Of a stretch of DNA of 64,000 nucleotides, positions 20,605 through 29,044 are shown one piece after another. Within the stretch, counting starts at the first letter, position 1. Each line of letters begins with the position of its first letter. The translations under genes were made by a program, and so were the position numbers. A model generated the notes under the pieces. That model saw only the letters and a program-made list of their open reading frames with translations. It was not told the origin of the DNA and made no database searches. The stretch is from Myxococcota bacterium (GTDB lineage Bacteria > Myxococcota_A > UBA9160 > PR03): assembly GCA_041611735.1 (NCBI GenBank), contig JBFIML010000009.1, forward strand, positions 1-64,000. The letters run 5' to 3'.

Positions 20605-22718
20605 TCGACGCGCTGGAGGCGCGTGAGCGCGAGGCCATCCGGCACGACCTGGAGAGCCCGGACGAGGAGGTGCGCCGGCTGGCCGTGGAGCGCCTGGGGA
20701 CGCTTCCGGGCGCGGAGGCACTGCCGCGCCTGGTCGAGGGCCTGGGCGACGAGGCCTGGCGCGTGCGCAAGGCCGTGGTGGAGCGGCTGGCCGGCGCGCC
20801 CGGGGCGTGGGACGTCCCGGCGGCGCTCACCGAGGCGCTGGCAGACGGCGACAATCCGGGCCGCCGCAATGCGGCGGTGGAGGCCCTGATCCGGTGCGGC
20901 CGCAACGCCGTGCCCGCCCTGCTCGAGGCTTCGCGTCGCTCCGATGCCGACGTTCGCAAGCTGGTGGTGGATGCCCTGGCCGGGATCGGCGATCCGCGCG
21001 CGACGCAACGGCTGTTGGAGCTGCTCGACGATGCGGACCCGAACGTTCGTGCCGCCGCCGCCGACGCGCTCGGGGCGGTGGGCGACCTCGGGGCGTCGGA
21101 AGCCTTGCTCCGGGTGGCGGTTCACGAACAGGACGACACGCTGGTCCGCCTGGCCGCCCTTTGGGCCCTGGCTCGCCTCGACACCCCGGTCACGGCGGCG
21201 CAGCTGGGTGGCGCCCTGGACGAGGGGCTGCTGCGGCCCGCCGCCTTTGCGGTCCTCGGTCGAGTGGACGACGGCGACGCGGAGGGCCACCTGCTCAAGG
21301 GACTCCAGTCCGGGTCGCGGGCGACCCGGGAGGCGGCCATGGAGGCGCTGCTCCGCCTGATGGCTCGGGACGACGCCGGCCTCGCCGAGCAGCGGGCGGC
21401 GCGCATCCGCGCCGCGGTGGCCGCGGCTCCGGAGGCGCTGCGCGATGCCAGCGAGCGGGTGATCGACGCGGATCTGGGTACGCGACTGGTCCTGGCCCAG
21501 TTCCTGGGGCTGGTGGGCGGTGACGTGACGCTGCCGCTGCTGCGTTCGGCTCGCGACGAGGCCATCACCGAGGTCGCCTTTGGCGCCCTGGTCGAGCTGG
21601 GCGAACGGGCGGAGCAGGCGATCGCCACGGTCTGGGAGCGCCTGGACCCCGAGCTGCGCCGCCTGGCGTGCCAGCTGTTGGGCCGCACCGCGGGGCAGGC
21701 CGGTCGCACCTGCCTGCTCCGCGCCCTGGACGATGCGGACGGCGAGCTGCGCGCCATCGCCGCACAGGCCGTCGGACGGCGCCAGGAGGTGACCGCGGTA
21801 CGCTCCCTCCTGCGCCGGCTGGAGCGCGCCGCTCGTCACGAAGGCCTCGATGGCGAAGAGGAGCGCGAGGCGCTCGTCCAGGCGCTGGTGGCCATCGCCC
21901 AGGCACCCGGCGCCACGGGCGCCGAAGCCACTCGGGAGACCGTGGCCTACCTGGGTCCCCGGCTCCAGGAGGCCGACGAGGCAGTGCGCCACGCCCTGGC
22001 CCGGGTGCTGGCGGCGGTGAGCGGTCCCGATCATCTCCCGATCGTGGGCGCGCTCCTGCGCGACCCGAGCCCGGCCGTGCGTCGCGCCGGGGTGCAGGCC
22101 CTCGGGCGTCTCGGGGAGGTGGCCCGGGAGCCGCTGCGCCTCGCCCTGGCCGACGAGTCGCCGGGCGTGCGCGTCGCGGCGGCGGCGGCCCTGGGCGCCG
22201 GCGACCCGTCGGCCCTGGACGACCTGGAGCGCCTGCTGGAGGACGAGGCGGTCCGCGTGAGGGCTGCGGCGGTGCGGGCCATCGGCGAGGTGCTGCGACG
22301 CAGCCGCCCCGCCCGGGGCCAGACGCCGGCGACCGCCGCGACGGCTCGCGCCGTGGCGCTGCTCGAGCGCAGCTTGCAAGAGGCGGGGCCCGTGGCCCTC
22401 ACGGCCCTCGAAGGGCTGCAGGCCTCCGCGGCCCCCGAAGCGGCACGCGCCGTGCGCGCCCTCCTGTCGCACCCGGATGCGGAGCTGCTGCAGGCCGCCG
22501 TGCGCTGCCTGGGCTGTCTGGACGACGCGGCGCAGGTGGAGGAGCTGATTCCCCTGGTGGGCCACGACCAGTGGGCCGTGCGCGCCGAGGCGCTCCAGGT
22601 GCTCGGGGAGCGGCGCGTGGTGCGTGCGGTGCCGGCCATCCTGCGCCGACTCGAGATCGAGCAGGACGACTTCGTGCGAGAGATCATCCTGCGGGCGCTG
22701 GCCCGACTGGACGCCTGA
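20601..22718 (+). CDS. HEAT/PBS-lyase repeat protein
   Basis: Many LxDxxxxVRxxAxxALG repeats (e.g. LDDADPNVRAAAADALG, LRDPSPAVRRAGVQALG). Confidence 0.9.
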   Translation: MIDALEAREREAIRHDLESPDEEVRRLAVERLGTLPGAEALPRLVEGLGDEAWRVRKAVVERLAGAPGAWDVPAALTEALADGDNPGRRNAAVEALIRCGRNAVPALLEASRRSDADVRKLVVDALAGIGDPRATQRLLELLDDADPNVRAAAADALGAVGDLGASEALLRVAVHEQDDTLVRLAALWALARLDTPVTAAQLGGALDEGLLRPAAFAVLGRVDDGDAEGHLLKGLQSGSRATREAAMEALLRLMARDDAGLAEQRAARIRAAVAAAPEALRDASERVIDADLGTRLVLAQFLGLVGGDVTLPLLRSARDEAITEVAFGALVELGERAEQAIATVWERLDPELRRLACQLLGRTAGQAGRTCLLRALDDADGELRAIAAQAVGRRQEVTAVRSLLRRLERAARHEGLDGEEEREALVQALVAIAQAPGATGAEATRETVAYLGPRLQEADEAVRHALARVLAAVSGPDHLPIVGALLRDPSPAVRRAGVQALGRLGEVAREPLRLALADESPGVRVAAAAALGAGDPSALDDLERLLEDEAVRVRAAAVRAIGEVLRRSRPARGQTPATAATARAVALLERSLQEAGPVALTALEGLQASAAPEAARAVRALLSHPDAELLQAAVRCLGCLDDAAQVEELIPLVGHDQWAVRAEALQVLGERRVVRAVPAILRRLEIEQDDFVREIILRALARLDA

Positions 22719-22726
22719 GGCCGGCC

Positions 22727-23665
22727 GTGGACGACGTCCGGCGCGCCAACCCGCTCGTGATGGGCGACTCCGAGTTCCGCATGCTGACCGACCTGCTGCG
22801 CGAGCACTGTGGCCTGCACTTCGGTCCGGAGTCGCGCTACCTGCTGGAGCGCCGGCTGGCTGCACGCGTGGCGGAGCTCGGGTTGCGCAGCTTCATGGCC
22901 TACCACTACATGTTGCGACACGACTCCAGCGCTGAACGCGAGCTGGCCTGGGCCGTGGACGCTCTCACCACCAACGAGACCTACTTCTTCCGGGAGCGCA
23001 GCCAGCTGCTGGCCCTGGTGGAGGAGATCATCCCCGAACGCCGGCTGTGGCGGGAGGAACGTGGCCTCGGCCCGGTCCCGATCTGGTCCGCGGGCTGTTC
23101 GAGCGGTGAGGAGCCCTACTCGGTGGTGATGCTGGCGCTCGAAGCGGGGCTGGTGCCCGGTCGGGACTTCCGCGTCTACGCCTCCGACATTTCCCGACGC
23201 GTGCTGCACAAGGCTCGCCGCGGTCTCTACCGGCCAGGCTCCTTGCGGGACACGGGGCCTGGCCTGCGCGAACGATACTTCACGGAAAAGGACGGGCTGC
23301 AGCGCCTGTCGGATGAAGTGAAGCGGCACGTGAGCTTCACGCACCTGAACCTGCTGGAGGGCTCGCGCAGCGCCCTGCTCGGCCGTATGGACGTGATCCT
23401 GTGCCGCAACGTGATCATCTACTTCGAGCTGGAGACCCGCCGTCGGGTGATCCGGACCTTCCACGCCCGGCTCGAGCCGGGTGGCTACCTGCTGCTGGGC
23501 CACTCGGAGTCCCTCGTCAACCTCTCGCGCGACTTCGAGCTGCGTCACCTGAGCCGGGAGATGGTCTACCGGAAGCCGGCGCCCGGCGAGGCCGTGAGCG
23601 ACCGCTGGCACGTGGCCGCCCGCAGCGCGCTGGCGGCCCTGGAGCGCGAGGACCCCGAGCGGTGA
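22727..23665 (+). CDS. cheR: Chemotaxis methyltransferase CheR
   Basis: TTNETYFFRE, IWSAGCSSGEEPYS, ASDIS, DVILCRNVIIYF, LLGHSE; start GTG 22727 or ATG 22760. Confidence 0.95.
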   Translation: MDDVRRANPLVMGDSEFRMLTDLLREHCGLHFGPESRYLLERRLAARVAELGLRSFMAYHYMLRHDSSAERELAWAVDALTTNETYFFRERSQLLALVEEIIPERRLWREERGLGPVPIWSAGCSSGEEPYSVVMLALEAGLVPGRDFRVYASDISRRVLHKARRGLYRPGSLRDTGPGLRERYFTEKDGLQRLSDEVKRHVSFTHLNLLEGSRSALLGRMDVILCRNVIIYFELETRRRVIRTFHARLEPGGYLLLGHSESLVNLSRDFELRHLSREMVYRKPAPGEAVSDRWHVAARSALAALEREDPER

Positions 23666-24771
23666 GTGGGACCGAGCGCATCCGCGTGCTCGTCTGCGAC
23701 GACTCGGCCTTCAGCCGCCGTACGCTGATCCGCATGCTCGAACGCTCCCCGCTGGTGGAGGTGGTGGGCGTGGCGCGCGATGGCGAGGAAGCGCTGCGCA
23801 AGACCCTCGAGATCGAGCCGGATCTGGTGACCCTGGATCTCGAGATGCCGACCATGGATGGCTTCACGTATCTGCGTCTGATCATGAACCGTCGGCCCGT
23901 GCCGGTGATCGTGATCAGCGGCCGCGGCCAGGGGGACGACGTGTTCCGGGCGCTGGAGGTGGGGGCGGCGGACTTCATCGCCAAGCCCACGCCCCGCGCG
24001 GGCCCCGAGCTGGAGGGCATCGAACAGGAGCTGCTGCGCAAGGTGCACGCCATTCGACAGCTGCGCCTGGACAAGTTGCGCGGGCGGCTCGGCGCCGGGC
24101 CGCGGCGGGTGCCCGGGCCGGCAGCGGGGCCCGCAGGCGCCCCGCGCGTGGTGGCGATCGGCTCCTCGACGGGAGGGCCGGGCGCCCTGGTCGAGATGCT
24201 GGGCTCGTTCCTGGAGGCCCCGCCGGTGGCGGTGCTGGTCGCCCAGCACATGCCGGAGGGCTTCACCCGAGGCTTTGCCGAGCGCCTCGCCCGGCTCACC
24301 CCCTTTGCGGCCCGCGAGGCGGCGGACGGGGACGTCCTGGAGCCGGGGCGGGTGCTGGTGGCGCCGGGCGGACGCCACCTGGAACTGGAGCGCGCGGAGG
24401 CGGTCCTGCGCGTGCGGCTCGGCTTGCGCACGGCGACGGACCGCTACGTCCCCTCGGTGGACCGGCTGTTCGCCTCGGCCGCGAAGCACGCGGGGCCGGA
24501 GCTGCTCGCCATGGTGCTGACCGGCATGGGGGACGATGGCCGCGAGGGGGTGCGCGCCGTGCGGGCGGCGGGCGGGCGCGTGGTGGCGGAGGCGGAGGAG
24601 ACGGCAGTGGTCTTCGGCATGCCCCAGCAGGCGATCCGCACGGGGTGCGTGGACGCGGTGCTGCCGCTGGGGGAGCTGGCGGGGGCGCTGCGGGCCGGCG
24701 TGCCGGCCAGGCCAGCGGACGCGCCGGGTGGGCGCGAGGGAGGGCGGTCGTGCTGCGACGTCGCGTCCTGA
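23662..24771 (+). CDS. cheB: Chemotaxis response regulator methylesterase CheB
   Basis: Receiver (DDS, LDLEMP, KP) plus GSSTGGP, QHMP, PSVD, LTGMGDDG, VFGMP. Confidence 0.96.
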   Translation: MSGTERIRVLVCDDSAFSRRTLIRMLERSPLVEVVGVARDGEEALRKTLEIEPDLVTLDLEMPTMDGFTYLRLIMNRRPVPVIVISGRGQGDDVFRALEVGAADFIAKPTPRAGPELEGIEQELLRKVHAIRQLRLDKLRGRLGAGPRRVPGPAAGPAGAPRVVAIGSSTGGPGALVEMLGSFLEAPPVAVLVAQHMPEGFTRGFAERLARLTPFAAREAADGDVLEPGRVLVAPGGRHLELERAEAVLRVRLGLRTATDRYVPSVDRLFASAAKHAGPELLAMVLTGMGDDGREGVRAVRAAGGRVVAEAEETAVVFGMPQQAIRTGCVDAVLPLGELAGALRAGVPARPADAPGGREGGRSCCDVAS

Positions 24772-25127
24772 TCGTGGAAGACAGCCCGACCATGCGCCAG
24801 CTGCTCGCCTTCGCGCTGCGGCGCCTCAAGAACGTGGAGGTGGTCGAGGCCCGCGACGGCATGGACGGCCTGCGCAAGGTCACCTCCGACCACTTCGACC
24901 TCGCGCTGATCGACATCAACATGCCCGTGATGGACGGCCTCAAGCTCATCAGCCTGATCCGCCGCGACGATGCCTTCAAGGAGATGCCGATCTGCGTGAT
25001 CACCACCGAGTCGGCGCGCGAGGATCGCGAGCGGGCCCTGGCGTTGGGCGCCGACGAGTACCTGGTCAAGCCGGTGCACTCGGGACGGGTCGTGGAAGTG
25101 GCGCGGGCGCTGCTCAAGCTCGACTGA
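24750..25127 (+). CDS. CheY-like single-domain response regulator
   Basis: VLIVEDS, LIDINMPVMDG, ITT, YLVKP; GTG start 24750. Confidence 0.92.
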   Translation: MLRRRVLIVEDSPTMRQLLAFALRRLKNVEVVEARDGMDGLRKVTSDHFDLALIDINMPVMDGLKLISLIRRDDAFKEMPICVITTESAREDRERALALGADEYLVKPVHSGRVVEVARALLKLD

Positions 25128-25173
25128 GACCGCGTCTGGTCGCGCCGCGGGCTCCTGTGGTATCCATCGCCGC

Positions 25174-25710
25174 GTGCGGGGCGGGCGGCGATGCCGATTC
25201 GGGCGGGGCGGGGCACTCCTGCTCCTCGCCGCCACCCTGGGCTGCGGCTACCAGTGGGTTCGTTACGAGCAGGGTCTCGGCGACGTGCGACGCGTGGCCA
25301 TCGAGACCCTGCGCAACGAGTCCTACGAGCCCGGCGTCGAGATGGTCGTGACCGATGCCCTGCTGCGGGAGTTCCTGCGGCGCGGGTCGGTGCGTCTGGT
25401 GGAAACGCCCCGGGCGGCGGACCTGGTGCTCTCCGGGGCCGTGCTGCCGCTCCAGACCCGCGGACGCAGCTTCTCCTCGGCGGTCTTCGCGCTCGAGTAC
25501 GAGGTGGTGCTGCGCCTGGCCCTGGAGGCCCGGCGCGGGGACGGCGCGCCCGTGCCCCTGCACGGCTCCACCCTCCAGGAGGCGGAGATCTACCTGAGCA
25601 GCGCGGACGTGGAGGTGACCCGCAAGAACCGTGAGGAGGCGATCCGGCGCCTGGCGGGCGTGCTGGCCGGGCGCGTCCACGACGTTCTCGCGGAGGGTCT
25701 GGTCCCCTGA
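25174..25710 (+). CDS. lptE: LPS assembly lipoprotein LptE family
   Basis: Lipobox LLLAATLG-C followed by GY; size and position directly upstream of holA. Confidence 0.75.
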   Translation: MRGGRRCRFGRGGALLLLAATLGCGYQWVRYEQGLGDVRRVAIETLRNESYEPGVEMVVTDALLREFLRRGSVRLVETPRAADLVLSGAVLPLQTRGRSFSSAVFALEYEVVLRLALEARRGDGAPVPLHGSTLQEAEIYLSSADVEVTRKNREEAIRRLAGVLAGRVHDVLAEGLVP

Positions 25711-26681
25711 CACCCGAGGATCTGCACGCGGAGCTGGCCGGTGGACGCCTGCGCCCGGCCTATCTGGTGGCCGGTGCCGAGGACCTGCTGCGCGACGACG
25801 CCGTGGGGGCGCTGCGCGCAACGGTGCTCGCCGACGGGCCCGCCGACTTCAACCTGGACCGGCTCGAGGGGGATTCCGCCACGCCCGGCCAGCTGCTGGA
25901 CGCGGTGCGCACGCTTCCCGTGCTGGCGGCCCGTCGCCTGGTGTGGCTGCGCGAGCCCGGCAGCGGGCGGAGCGGTCGTCCGCTGCTGGAGGCACTGCCC
26001 GCCCTGGTCCGGGAGCTCGCGGCGGGCTCCTCCACGGTGCTGCTCGTGACCGCCCGCAGCGCCGACGCCCGGGCCGCCTGGGTGCGGGCCTTCGCGGACC
26101 CGGCTGCGCGCGTCGTCTGCGAAGCGCCCCGGGGCGAGCGGGCCCTGGTGGCGTTCGTGCGTCGCGAGGCCGGGCGCCAGGGTGTCCAGCTCGGGCCCGG
26201 CGCCGCAGAGCGGCTGGCGGAGCGGATCGGCCCGCAGCTCCTGCTCGTACGCAACGAGCTCGCCAAGGCGGCGTTGCTGGCGGGGGAGGGCATGCGCGTG
26301 GGGCTGGACCACGTGACGGCCGCGGTCGCCGACGTCGCCGACGAGCCGATCTGGGAGCTCACGGACGCGATCGGCGACGGCCGCGTGGGCGACGCCCTGG
26401 TCCTGCTCGGCAAGCTGCGCGCCGCCGGGGCGGCGCCGCCGGTTCTGCTGGCGTCGCTGGCGGCCCACTTCCGCAAGCTGACCCGGCTGCGCCACGGCGG
26501 CCGCCTGGCCGCTCCCCCCTTCGTGGCCCGCAAGCTCCAGGCGCAGGCGCGCCGCTACGGGCCCGCCCGCCTGCGCGGCTGCCTGCGCGCGATCCACGAG
26601 ACGGACGCCAGGCTGAAGGGGCAGGGGGCCCTGGGGCCGGATCTCGCTCTCGAGCGTCTGGTGCTCGGACTGGCGGCCTGA
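25707..26681 (+). CDS. holA: DNA polymerase III delta subunit (probable CTG start)
   Basis: LRPAYLVAGAEDLL, FNLDRLEG, TLPVLAARRLV, NELAK, IWELTDAI; context lptE-holA convergent with rpsT. First GTG (25767) falls inside the conserved first strand. Confidence 0.88.
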   Translation: MTPEDLHAELAGGRLRPAYLVAGAEDLLRDDAVGALRATVLADGPADFNLDRLEGDSATPGQLLDAVRTLPVLAARRLVWLREPGSGRSGRPLLEALPALVRELAAGSSTVLLVTARSADARAAWVRAFADPAARVVCEAPRGERALVAFVRREAGRQGVQLGPGAAERLAERIGPQLLLVRNELAKAALLAGEGMRVGLDHVTAAVADVADEPIWELTDAIGDGRVGDALVLLGKLRAAGAAPPVLLASLAAHFRKLTRLRHGGRLAAPPFVARKLQAQARRYGPARLRGCLRAIHETDARLKGQGALGPDLALERLVLGLAA

Positions 26682-26687
26682 GCCGCG

Positions 26688-26954
26688 CTAGGCGCCGAGC
26701 CGGGCCAGGCGGCGGGCCAGCCGCGCCACGCTGCGGCTCGCCCGGCGGTCGGGGATCACGCCCTTGCCGGCAGCCCGGCGCAGGGCGCCCTCGGCCTGGC
26801 GCAGCCGGACCCGGGCCTCGGCCGCGTCGCCCTGCTCCACGCTGGTCTGGAAAGCCTTGACGAGCGTCTTCACGCGGCTCTTCACCTGGCGGTTGCGCTC
26901 GCGGCGGCGCTCGGCCTGGCGGGCTCGTTTCTCGGCGGACTTGTGGGTGGCCAC
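26688..26954 (-). CDS. rpsT: 30S ribosomal protein S20
   Basis: ATHKSAEKRARQAERRRERNRQVKSRVKT...KGVI...ASR; GTG start with GGAGAGG upstream. Confidence 0.96.
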   Translation of the reverse strand: MATHKSAEKRARQAERRRERNRQVKSRVKTLVKAFQTSVEQGDAAEARVRLRQAEGALRRAAGKGVIPDRRASRSVARLARRLARLGA

Positions 26955-26983
26955 GTCCTCTCCGGGCTCTTGCGAGGCGCCGG

Positions 26984-27012
26984 AGCATAGTCGCCCGTAG
27001 GGGTGCCGTAAA
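26984..27012 (-). promoter_or_regulatory. Putative sigma70-type promoter for rpsT
   Basis: Minus strand TTTACG-17 nt-TATGCT. Confidence 0.55.
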
Positions 27013-27103
27013 GCGGTCCGCCGCGGGCTGCGCCCGTTCAGACGCCCCCCGGTCCGGCCGATACGGGAACGGACGTCCCGGGCCACTGGGGAAGGGGGGA
27101 AGG

Positions 27104-29044
27104 GTGAGCCTCTGCGCCGTCCTGCGGGCGACGCTCGCGCTCCTGGTGCTCCTGGCCGGGGCCTTGCCGGCCAAGGCACAGGGGGTTCCCGCGGCCGCTG
27201 CCCCCCCCGCTGTCGAGGCGCCGGAGACGGCCTCGCCGCAGCTCCCGGCTCCGGTGGAGCCGGCGCAGACTCCCGGGGCCACCGCGCCGGAGCCGCCGCC
27301 CCCCGCAAAGGACCCCAGCCAGGTGCTCGCGGCCCGCTGGCACGACCCGGCGCCGAGCCTCCCGGCGCGGGTGGACGCGGTGCTGGCCTCGGCCCGCGAG
27401 CGCGGCATCCGTAGCCTCGAGCCCGTCGCCCGGCTGCTCCTGCTGGACGCGACCGCACCCCACCCGGCCCTGCGGGCCGAGGCAGCAGCGCGGGTGGCAC
27501 CCGACCTGCCGGCGGCCCAGGCGGCCCTGGCCCGGGCGCGTCTCGGCCAGGGCGATCTCGGCGGCGCCGCCAACGCTGCCCGGGCGGCCCTCTGGGCGCT
27601 CCCCCGCCACCTGGACGCCTCCCTGTGGCTGGGGGCCACGGGCCTCACCCTGCTCGGATGGTCGCTGGTGGCTGCAGGGCTTGCCTTCATGGCGTTGTGC
27701 GCGGTCTCGGTCGCGTCCCGCGCCGCCCACGACCTGGGCGACCGGCTCGAGCGCTCCACGCCCGAGTTCGCCCGGGCTGCCCTGCTCGGAAGCCTGGTCC
27801 TGCTGCCCTCCGCACTCGGCGAGGGTCTGCTCGGCACCGGCCTCGCATTGTTCGCCATGACGTTCTGCTACGCGGATTGGCGTCGGCGCGTGGCGCTGCT
27901 GGCGGCCGCCGCGCTGGTGGTTGCGGGCCTGCACCCGGTGCTCGAGCAGGCCGGCCGTTTCTGGGCGGCTCCCGGGGCCGACCCGGTGGCGGAAGCGGCC
28001 CACGCGGCGGAGAACGGCCTGGCCTCGCGCCTCGATGCCCTGCGCCTCGCCCATGCGGCTCCCGACGATCCGCTGGCCCAGCGCGCCCTCGCCCTGGAGG
28101 CTCGACGGGCGGGGGATCTGGAGCAGGCGGACGCCCGCTATCGGGCGCTGCTCGCCAGCGGAGCCGCCGATCCGGCCGCCCTCAACAACGCCGCCAACGT
28201 GCGCCTGGCCCGGGGCGACAGCGACGGCGCCATCGCCCTCTATCTTCGCGCGGCGGCGGAGAGCGATGCGCCGCTGATCTGGTTCAACCTGGCCCAGGCC
28301 TACGGGCAGGTGATCCGGGTCGACGAACACGAGGCGGCGCTCGCGCGCGCCCAGGCGCTGGACGAGCAGCTCGTGCGCGAGCTGACCACCCAGATCTCCG
28401 GCTCGCCGCAGGCCCTCGTGGCCGACCTTCCGCTGCCCGCCCGGGTCGCGCGCGAGCGGCTGCTCGCGTCGGCGAGCGGTGCGGCGGCGACCGAGGCCCT
28501 GCGGCACCCCATGGCGCCCGGGGCCTTGGGCGCCGGACGAGACCTGCTGGCCGGGACCTTCCTCGCCCTGGCGGCTCTCGCCGCAGGGCTGTCCCGCAGC
28601 TTCCGGCCTTCCCGGCGCTGTCGCCATTGCGCCGCGCACCTGTGCCCGCGCTGCCGCAGCGGACCGTCTCGGGGCGGGCTGTGCGAGGGCTGCGCGCGGC
28701 TCCTGCACCGCCCGGAGACCATCGACCCGGCCCTGCGCGATCTGCGCGTCAAGCGGTTGCGCGCCCGCGGCGAACGACGGGCCCGCATCGAGCGGCTGGT
28801 GGCCTGCCTGGTGCCGGGCGTGGCCGGCCTGCTGGGCGGGCGCCCGCTGCTCGCCCTGGTGGCCGTGCTCGCGTTCATCGGGGCGGCGGCGAGCGGGCTC
28901 GGGCCCCTGCATCTCGTGCCGGATCCGATCTCGGCCGGTCTCGCCGGACGGCTCTGGTTCGGGACGGCGGCGCTCGGCCTCGCGGCGCTCTACGCCGTGG
29001 CGACGGGGCTCGCCCTGCGCTTCCCGCGGAGTTCCGCCTCGTGA
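27104..29044 (+). CDS. Multi-TM membrane protein with signal peptide, TPR repeats and CxxC-x4-CxxC-x9-CxxC motif
   Basis: Signal peptide, Pro-rich linker, hydrophobic helices, TPRs (ALNNAANVRLARGDSDGAIALY, WFNLAQAY), CRHCAAHLCPRC...CEGC. Confidence 0.8.
   Translation: MSLCAVLRATLALLVLLAGALPAKAQGVPAAAAPPAVEAPETASPQLPAPVEPAQTPGATAPEPPPPAKDPSQVLAARWHDPAPSLPARVDAVLASARERGIRSLEPVARLLLLDATAPHPALRAEAAARVAPDLPAAQAALARARLGQGDLGGAANAARAALWALPRHLDASLWLGATGLTLLGWSLVAAGLAFMALCAVSVASRAAHDLGDRLERSTPEFARAALLGSLVLLPSALGEGLLGTGLALFAMTFCYADWRRRVALLAAAALVVAGLHPVLEQAGRFWAAPGADPVAEAAHAAENGLASRLDALRLAHAAPDDPLAQRALALEARRAGDLEQADARYRALLASGAADPAALNNAANVRLARGDSDGAIALYLRAAAESDAPLIWFNLAQAYGQVIRVDEHEAALARAQALDEQLVRELTTQISGSPQALVADLPLPARVARERLLASASGAAATEALRHPMAPGALGAGRDLLAGTFLALAALAAGLSRSFRPSRRCRHCAAHLCPRCRSGPSRGGLCEGCARLLHRPETIDPALRDLRVKRLRARGERRARIERLVACLVPGVAGLLGGRPLLALVAVLAFIGAAASGLGPLHLVPDPISAGLAGRLWFGTAALGLAALYAVATGLALRFPRSSAS

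Noticed and set aside
19737..22718. 993-aa ORF suggesting a longer HEAT protein
   Set aside because: The N-terminal part is an alternative frame over the Zn-ribbon gene; HEAT repeats begin at GTG 20601.
27080..27104. G-runs upstream of the TPR membrane gene as a G-quadruplex
   Set aside because: Only four tracts, explained by a purine-rich SD region in a GC-rich genome.
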